The position numbers and the translations under genes are program-made. Below are positions 58,039 through 64,000 of a DNA stretch of 64,000 nucleotides, piece after piece (positions within the stretch are counted from its first letter, which is position 1; the number at the start of each line of letters is the position of its first letter). The notes under the pieces are model-generated. The model was not told the origin of the DNA, made no database searches, and saw only the letters and a list, made by a program, of their open reading frames with translations. Source of the DNA: Spirochaetia bacterium (lineage in GTDB: Bacteria; Spirochaetota; Spirochaetia; SZUA-6; Bin103). The DNA lies in assembly GCA_965208575.1 (NCBI GenBank), contig CBDBOV010000006.1:800001-864000 (forward strand), read 5' to 3'.

Positions 58039-59600
58039 TCAGTGCAACTTTATCCGCGACCGTAAGCCGGGTGGCGGAGTCCCGGTGCCGTCCCTGCAGT
58101 GCCTCGGCGAGGCGATTGCGGACCGCTGCCAGCCGGCTGCGTACCCGCCTGATGCTCTTTTCCAGGGCCCGGCGCACCGGTTCACGACCCGTGCGTCGGG
58201 CTCCGGCGGCGCAAGGTCATGGCTCGGCAGCGCGTCAAGGTTGAACTGCTCGCGCAGGTACTTGAAGAAGTTCTCCTGCGACCAGCGCGAGAACATGGCG
58301 CCGGCGACCTGCGCCAACGGCATCTGCGGGTGCGTGGTGATCACCGCCACCTGACGACCGTTGGCCAGACGCCGCCGGATCTGGCGCACCACCAGCCCGT
58401 TGCGCAGCATGATCGGCTGCTCGGCCAGATCAACCGCAGTCGTGCTGGTGCCGGCGGGACCATGGATCGGTACCTCGAAGGTGTGGAAGTCTTCCGGCAG
58501 CCAGTCCGCGCCGTTGAAGTTCTTGTGCCAGGTGATGCAGGCGATGCCACGCCGGGCCAGGCGCTTGAACAGGTCCGGGCTCCAGCCCTCGCGGTCGAAC
58601 ACCAGGGTCAGCTGCGGGGTACCGGCCGGTGCTCCGGTCAGGTCGGGGGCCGCTTCGGTCACCACCCCCAGGTGCTGCAACTGCGGCACCACGTCGTGCT
58701 TGATCGCATTCACCGGCTTCGGGTCCAGCGCCTTGTGCAGGCACAGCAGCGGTGCGCCGCCGAGGGCGTTGATCCAGTAGCTCACCGACGCCGGCAGACA
58801 CAGCTTCTGGCGTGCGACGAAGTGTTTCGGCAACCGCCCGTTGCGCCCGGTGTACACCTTCACGTGGCCATCCACGGCCAGCGTCGTCCAGTCGTCGTCG
58901 TGCTCGCTGGCCCAGGTACGCGCCAGTACCGATTGCCAATCGCGCACGGTGTGCTCGGCGCTGGCCAGCAGCCTGATCTTGCGGCGCAGCGTCTTGGTCT
59001 CCGGACAGCGGTCGAGGCCGAGGATGGCGCCCCACTCGCCGGGTGCCTGGTAGCGCAGGCTCTCGGGGTTGCGCACCCGGGCCAGGGTCATGCAGGCGAC
59101 GAACAGGAGGATGGTGGTCAGGCCGTAGAATCCGGCCGGCAGGCGGAACAGGCGGTTGGCGGCGGTGAGCAGGCCCTCGCGCAGCAGCATCGCCAGTGCG
59201 GCCAGCACGCCGCCGCCAGCGACCGCGTGGGCGGGCTCGACGAACGCTGGTGTGGCCTCGGTCAGCAGGCCGGCTCTGGCGAGCGTGCGGCGTTCCACGT
59301 CGCGCGCCGCGCGGCCCATGGGCGCGTGCTTGTCGCGGGCGTCGCGGCTGGCGCGCTCAGTGGCGACCGCCGGGTCGCTGACCGCGGCGGCGGTGCTGAC
59401 CGGGTGATCAGTGGTGGTGGCCGCCGGCGCAACCTCGGCGCTGGCGGCGGGCTCCCGGGTGGGATCTGTGATGACGCCGGCGCGGCGGTTCTCGTTGAAG
59501 GTGCTCACCGGGATGCCGAGTTCGCGAGCGCAGGCTGAGCCGCTCATCCCGGAAGCGAGCAGCTTGGCTGCCTGGTCCGCCATCTCGGCGTCGTCCACGG
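58039..59600 (-). pseudogene. Degenerate second transposase (HTH plus putative DDE), frameshifted near 58180 and truncated
   Basis: HTH (ACARELGIPVST), GGVLAAL, LGLDRCPETKTLRRK, VDGHVKVY, VFDREGWS, RWSQENFFKY; the continuation RRALEKSIRR lies in another frame (ORF 57941-58177). Confidence 0.78.
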
Positions 59601-59882
59601 TGGCCTCCACGGCACCGCGCCGGCTGACTCCGGTCGGGCTACGCCCTCCGTCCGTCAGCGGGGTACAGCATCTCCTCCGCCCCGTTCGATCCCGACGGCT
59701 CCGGTGTCGCAACCTCGTCGCCTACCCCGTCCCGGCGGTGGGGAATTGTCATGACCCTGCCCCGGGCAACGCACCTCGGTGCAGTTGTCCGGGGCGCCTC
59801 GCTCCGTGCGCTCCGCAGCAACCTGCGCGCCGCTCGCGGCGTGGGCGGCATCACCCGGCTCGGCAAATGACTTCTGAGCGTC

Positions 59883-59992
59883 TCTGACGCCCGTATATCC
59901 GTGAGCCAGACGGTCGGCGTCAAGAAATGTCGCCTCAGCCGCGCTGTAAGGCCTCTCCGCGACACGAGGTGGTGTCTGGACATCCCCGTGTC
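59883..59992 (+). repeat. ~110-bp direct repeat, copy 2
   Basis: Matches 57911-58020 at offset 1972. Confidence 0.85.
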
Positions 59993-60169
59993 ACCAGCAC
60001 CGAAGTCGCCTCCAGACCCGTCCGCCCCCTCTTCGGTCAGCGACACGACACGGCACCGACCACCTCCCTGCCGTTGACGCCTCCTCATCCGCGCCGACCA
60101 ACCAGATACGCCCCCGGTCGCGTTGGTGTGCTTGAATCAACCCGGCCGGTCGCCCAGCAGCCTATCCAC

Positions 60170-60178
60170 TTATCCACA
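60170..60178 (+). promoter_or_regulatory. Consensus DnaA box
   Basis: TTATCCACA, preceded by near-match CTATCCACT. Confidence 0.4.
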
Positions 60179-60357
60179 ATTTATGAGTCTCCCCCCTCGC
60201 GCTCCCCCCTCGTTCTCCGCCTCCCTTTCGGTTAGATTCTTACGTGAGGCACGCTCACCGTAAGGTTAGATTTTTACGTGAGGCAATAGGCCGGGCGCAA
60301 CGTGCGGCAACGTACGGCTGCGACACGAAACACGGGCGAGCGGCTATGATGCAGGCG

Positions 60358-61869
60358 ATGAGTGACAGCCCTGAACGAAGCGATTCCCTCGCCCGGCTGA
60401 AGCAGCTCGACCGCGAGATTCACCTGCTCGAGCACGTGGCCGGCCTGCTGCAGTGGGACCAGGAGACCTGCATGCCGCCCGCCGGGATCGACGAACGTGC
60501 CGACCAGCTTGCGCTGCTGGAGGGCGAGGTGCACGCGCGCCGCACCACCAGCGAGATGGGCGACCTGATCGCCGCGGCCGAGTCGCGTTCCGACCTGACC
60601 GAACCGGACCGGGCGCTGGTGCGCGAACTGCGCCGCGGCTACGACCGCGCCACCCGGCTGCCGGGAGACCTGGTGAAGGCGATGGCGCGGCAGAGCAGCG
60701 TGAACCACGCCAGTTGGGGGGAAGCGCGCGCCAAGTCCGACTTCTCGATCTTCCGCGCCGACCTGGAGCACACCCTGAAGCTCACCCGCGAAAAGGCGGA
60801 CTGCCTGGGGTTCGAGGACACCCGCTACGACCCGCTGCTGGACGAGTTCGAGCCGTGGATGACGACGGCGGAGCTGCGCGGCGTCCTGGACGCGCTGCGC
60901 GCGCCGCTGGTGGACCTGCTCGGGCGCATCACCGGCTCCGGCGTGCCGATCGACGACAGCGTGCTGCGGCGCGACTACGACGTGGCCGCGCAACGCGCGT
61001 TCAGCGACCACCTGCTGGCGGCGTTGGGTTTCTCGTCCGACACCGGACGGCTGGACGTGTCGGCGCACCCCTTCTCCACCACCCTCGGCGCCGCCGACGG
61101 CCGCCTGACCACGCGCTTCTACCCCAACCTGCTGAGCGCGAGCATCTTCGGCACCATCCACGAGTGCGGCCACGGCCTGCACGGCCTCGGGGTGGCGCCG
61201 GAGCTGGCCACCACCGAGCTGGGCGACGGCACCTCGCTCGGCATCTGCGAGTCGCAGTCGCGCTTCTGGGAGAACCTGATTGCCCGCCGGCGCGCCTTCT
61301 GGGAGCACTTCTACCCCGAGTTGCAGCCGCGCTTCCCGGCGCTCGCCGACGTGGGCCTGGACCAGTTCTACCGCGCCGTGAACGCGGTGCAGCCGTCACT
61401 GATCCGCGTGGAGGCGGACGAGGTGACCTACAACCTGCACATCCTGTTGCGCTTCGGCCTGGAACGGCGCCTGGTGGACGGCGAGATCGAGGTGGCCGAC
61501 CTGCCGGAGGCGTGGCGGGAGGAGTCGAGGGAACTGCTCGGCATCGTTCCGGAGCAGGACGCCGACGGCGTGCTGCAGGACATCCACTGGTCGATGTTCC
61601 TGATCGGCTACTTCCCCACCTACAGCCTGGGCAACCTGTACAGCGCGCAGTTTCACGCCGCCATGGCGGGCGACATCGGCGACTGGGAGGAGCAGGTGCG
61701 GTGCGGCGAGTTCGCGCACATCCTGGACTGGCTGCGGGAGCGGATCCACCGCCACGGACGGGTATACTCGGCCACCGACATCTGCCGGCAGGTCACCGGC
61801 GAGCCGCTGAACGCGCGCTACTTCCTGGACTACCTGGAAGGCAAGTTCGGCGAGCTGTACCGCCTGTAG
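60358..61869 (+). CDS. Carboxypeptidase, M32 (Taq) family
   Basis: LLQWDQET, YDPLLDEFEP, SAHPF, HECGH, ESQSRFWEN, IRVEADEVTYNLH, GVLQDIHWS, GYFPTYSLG. Start set at ATG 60358 because the longer ORF start lies inside the IS end. Confidence 0.95.
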   Translation: MSDSPERSDSLARLKQLDREIHLLEHVAGLLQWDQETCMPPAGIDERADQLALLEGEVHARRTTSEMGDLIAAAESRSDLTEPDRALVRELRRGYDRATRLPGDLVKAMARQSSVNHASWGEARAKSDFSIFRADLEHTLKLTREKADCLGFEDTRYDPLLDEFEPWMTTAELRGVLDALRAPLVDLLGRITGSGVPIDDSVLRRDYDVAAQRAFSDHLLAALGFSSDTGRLDVSAHPFSTTLGAADGRLTTRFYPNLLSASIFGTIHECGHGLHGLGVAPELATTELGDGTSLGICESQSRFWENLIARRRAFWEHFYPELQPRFPALADVGLDQFYRAVNAVQPSLIRVEADEVTYNLHILLRFGLERRLVDGEIEVADLPEAWREESRELLGIVPEQDADGVLQDIHWSMFLIGYFPTYSLGNLYSAQFHAAMAGDIGDWEEQVRCGEFAHILDWLRERIHRHGRVYSATDICRQVTGEPLNARYFLDYLEGKFGELYRL

Positions 61870-62158
61870 CCGGCGCGGAACGGATGCGCGCACCGGCAAT
61901 CGAACTCGCGGCGATCTCCTGGCCGGTGCCGCGCGGCAACGCCGGACCGGCGAACCGCGAGCGGTGCGAGCGCGGTGACGACAGCGAGCACCGTGTGTGG
62001 ACCGGGAGTGCCAGGAACGCGGCCGCCGCGGTTGCTGACGGCGCCGGCCCGGTACGCCCGGACGAGCCGCGGACGAGCGGCGGCTCGCGCGCCCTTGCGG
62101 CTGTTCCCGGCAGGCCGCGGCGAGCGTCAGGCCCGCGCTTGGCGGGGAGTACGGCCCC

Positions 62159-63094
62159 GTGAGCCGGCACCCGGCCGTGGCCGTCGGCGCCTGGTGGCTG
62201 GCGGTTCGCCCGCGCACGCTGTGGGCGGCGGTGGCGCCGGTGCTGGCCGGCAGCGCGCTGGCGCTGTGGCACGGCTCCCTGGCGCTGCCGTGGGCGCTGG
62301 TGGCGCTGGCCGGCGCGCTGCTGATCCAGGTCGGCTGCAACCTGCACAACGACTGGGCCGACGCCCGCCACGGCGCCGACACCGCGGACCGGGTCGGTCC
62401 GACGCGGGTGACACAGGCGGGACTGATCCCGCCCCGGCAGGTGCTGGCTGGCGCGCTGGTGATGTTTGCCGGCGCCGCCGCCCTGGGGGTGGCGGGGGTC
62501 GCGCGCGCCGGCTGGCCGCTGGCGGTGCTTCTGGCCGCCTGCGTCGCGGCCGCGATCAGCTATACCGGCGGTCCGCGACCGCTCGGCTACCTCGGCCTCG
62601 GCGACCTGCTGGTGCTGGTGTTCTTCGGCCCGGTGGCGGTCGGCGCCACCTACTACCTGCAGACGCTGGCGCTGCCGCCGCTGGTGCTCGCCGTCGGCCT
62701 GGGGCCCGGCCTGCTGGCTACCGCCATCCTGGTGGTCAACAACCTGCGCGACCGCGCCACCGACGAGCAGGCCGGCAAGCGCACGCTGGCGGTCCGCTTC
62801 GGCGACCGCTTCGCGCGCGCCGAGTACCTGGCCTGCCTGCTGGCAGGCGTCCTGCTGCCGCCGGTGACGCTCCTGGCCGCCGGCACCGGCGGCGCACGCT
62901 GGCCGGCGGCGCTGCCGCTCCTGGCGCTCATTCCGGCCGTCCGGTTGAACGCCCGGCTGCGCACGACCCGGCCCGGCCCGGAGTTGAACCCCCTGCTCGC
63001 CCGCACCGCCCAGCTACTCCTGCTGCAGGCCGTCCTGCTGCTCGCCGGCGCCGCCGTGGCCGCGCTTGCAGGCCTGGCGCGCGCGGTCTCATGA
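62159..63094 (+). CDS. menA: 1,4-dihydroxy-2-naphthoate polyprenyltransferase
   Basis: RPRTL, NDWAD...GAD, YTGGP, GLGD, VVNNLRD...D...GKRTLAV. Confidence 0.92.
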   Translation: MSRHPAVAVGAWWLAVRPRTLWAAVAPVLAGSALALWHGSLALPWALVALAGALLIQVGCNLHNDWADARHGADTADRVGPTRVTQAGLIPPRQVLAGALVMFAGAAALGVAGVARAGWPLAVLLAACVAAAISYTGGPRPLGYLGLGDLLVLVFFGPVAVGATYYLQTLALPPLVLAVGLGPGLLATAILVVNNLRDRATDEQAGKRTLAVRFGDRFARAEYLACLLAGVLLPPVTLLAAGTGGARWPAALPLLALIPAVRLNARLRTTRPGPELNPLLARTAQLLLLQAVLLLAGAAVAALAGLARAVS

Positions 63095-63383
63095 CCCGTT
63101 CCGGCCGGCTCGTCCCCGTGGTCCCGGGCACCGTACAGGTTGAGCGGCGCCTGCCCGGCCGCGGAGCCGCGTGCGCCGGCGTGGCCGGGACGGACGCGAC
63201 CGGCTCGACCGTCGCTTTCGCGCGCGACTACCCCGCGCGCATCGCGGCCGCGAGGTGCGCCGCAGCCTCGGCAGGAACACCGCGAACGGCGCCTCCGACG
63301 CCCGCCGCCGCATGCCACGCAGCGCGCACCGAGTCAGGCCCGGGCGCGCCGGTACCGCGGCAGACCCCACGCGGGGAGCGGGC

Positions 63384-64000
63384 ATGACCGGGTCGGGCGA
63401 CCCGCTTGCCGCGCTCGCGCCGGAAGGCACGCTCGACCTGACCGCTCTCGGTAAGCGCTACGGGCCGGCCCCTGCGATGCGGTGGCGTGGACACACCGTC
63501 AGCTACGCGGCGTACGCGCGGCGCGCAGCGCAAGCCGCCGCCGCGCTGTGTGTTGACGGTGTGAAGCCGAAGCACCGCGTCGCGCTGCCCGCCGAGCTCG
63601 ACCCCCCAACCTGGGCCGCTACCCTGCTGGGCGTGCTCGCCACCGGCGCGCTGGCGGTGCTGCTGCCCGCACGCGCCGCGCCGCGCGAACGGCAACGGCT
63701 GCTGCAACGGACCGGGGCGTTCGAGTGGCGTCCGCCGTCGGCGTCTGCGACCGGGGCGCCGGCCGCCCCGCTACGCATAGCCACTCAGCGTCCCGCCACG
63801 GTGGTGTTCACCTCAGGCTCCTCCGGTGCGGCCAAGGCGGTGGTGCACAGCACCGCCAATCACCTGTACAACGCCGCCGGCTCGGCGGCCAACATCCCGC
63901 TCGGACCGGACGACGCCTGGCTGGTGGCGTTGCCGCTCAGTCACGTGGCCGGGCTCAGCATCCTGTTTCGTACCCTCGGCTCCGGCGCCTGCGCCCTGTT
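63384..64000 (+). CDS. menE: o-succinylbenzoate-CoA ligase (AMP-binding), partial at the window end
   Basis: Manual translation from ATG 63384: TVVFTSGSSGAAKAVVHS...WLVALPLSHVAGLSILFR; downstream of menA. Confidence 0.78.
   Translation, partial: MTGSGDPLAALAPEGTLDLTALGKRYGPAPAMRWRGHTVSYAAYARRAAQAAAALCVDGVKPKHRVALPAELDPPTWAATLLGVLATGALAVLLPARAAPRERQRLLQRTGAFEWRPPSASATGAPAAPLRIATQRPATVVFTSGSSGAAKAVVHSTANHLYNAAGSAANIPLGPDDAWLVALPLSHVAGLSILFRTLGSGACAL

Larger units (their letters stand above)
56500..60290. mobile_element. IS-like element with tandem terminal inverted motifs and 9-bp flanking direct repeat
   Basis: Each end has two copies of TGCCTCAnnTAAAAATCTAACC in inverted orientation (56501-56558; 60227-60285). 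CCGGGCGCA flanks both sides (56491-56499; 60291-60299). Confidence 0.8.

Noticed and set aside
60170-60178. Replication origin
   Set aside because: Only one perfect DnaA box, inside a mobile element, with no dnaA/dnaN context.
60244-60357. Extended N-terminus of the carboxypeptidase
   Set aside because: The upstream start lies within the IS terminal motifs; ATG 60358 fits a -10 hexamer and the family N-terminus.

Overview
High-GC bacterial window dominated by solute-uptake genes: six family-5 (Dpp/Opp-like) substrate-binding proteins (SBPs; one cut by the left edge) with four permease pairs, a carbohydrate-type ABC cluster with a duplicated SBP, and a Liv-like ABC operon. Catabolic or accessory genes include four PhyH-type 2OG-Fe(II) dioxygenases, two HpcH-like aldolases, a VOC protein, a desaturase-family protein, two CRTAC1/ASPIC-UnbV-type proteins (one fused to a DUF318-like permease), an RCC1-repeat protein, a MoxR/CoxD-VWA pair, an M32 carboxypeptidase, menA and partial menE. 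Toxin-antitoxin and AAA/nuclease genes sit between the clusters, and a 3.8 kb IS-like element lies at 56500-60290. The Cys-less 'LWAAGAEE' signal peptides suggest a Spirochaetota member, possibly host-associated (inference). Best candidates for novelty: (1) a conserved, structure-preserving ~160-nt 5' leader found upstream of two SBP genes, with a diverged third copy (candidate cis-regulatory RNA); (2) a ~160-bp palindromic MITE-like repeat present three times, once in-frame inside a protein; (3) the IS-like element with tandem terminal motifs, internal ~110-bp structured direct repeats and a DnaA box; (4) mosaics of stitched gene fragments. No rRNA, tRNA or CRISPR array was seen. All family assignments come from motif recognition by eye, not database searches.
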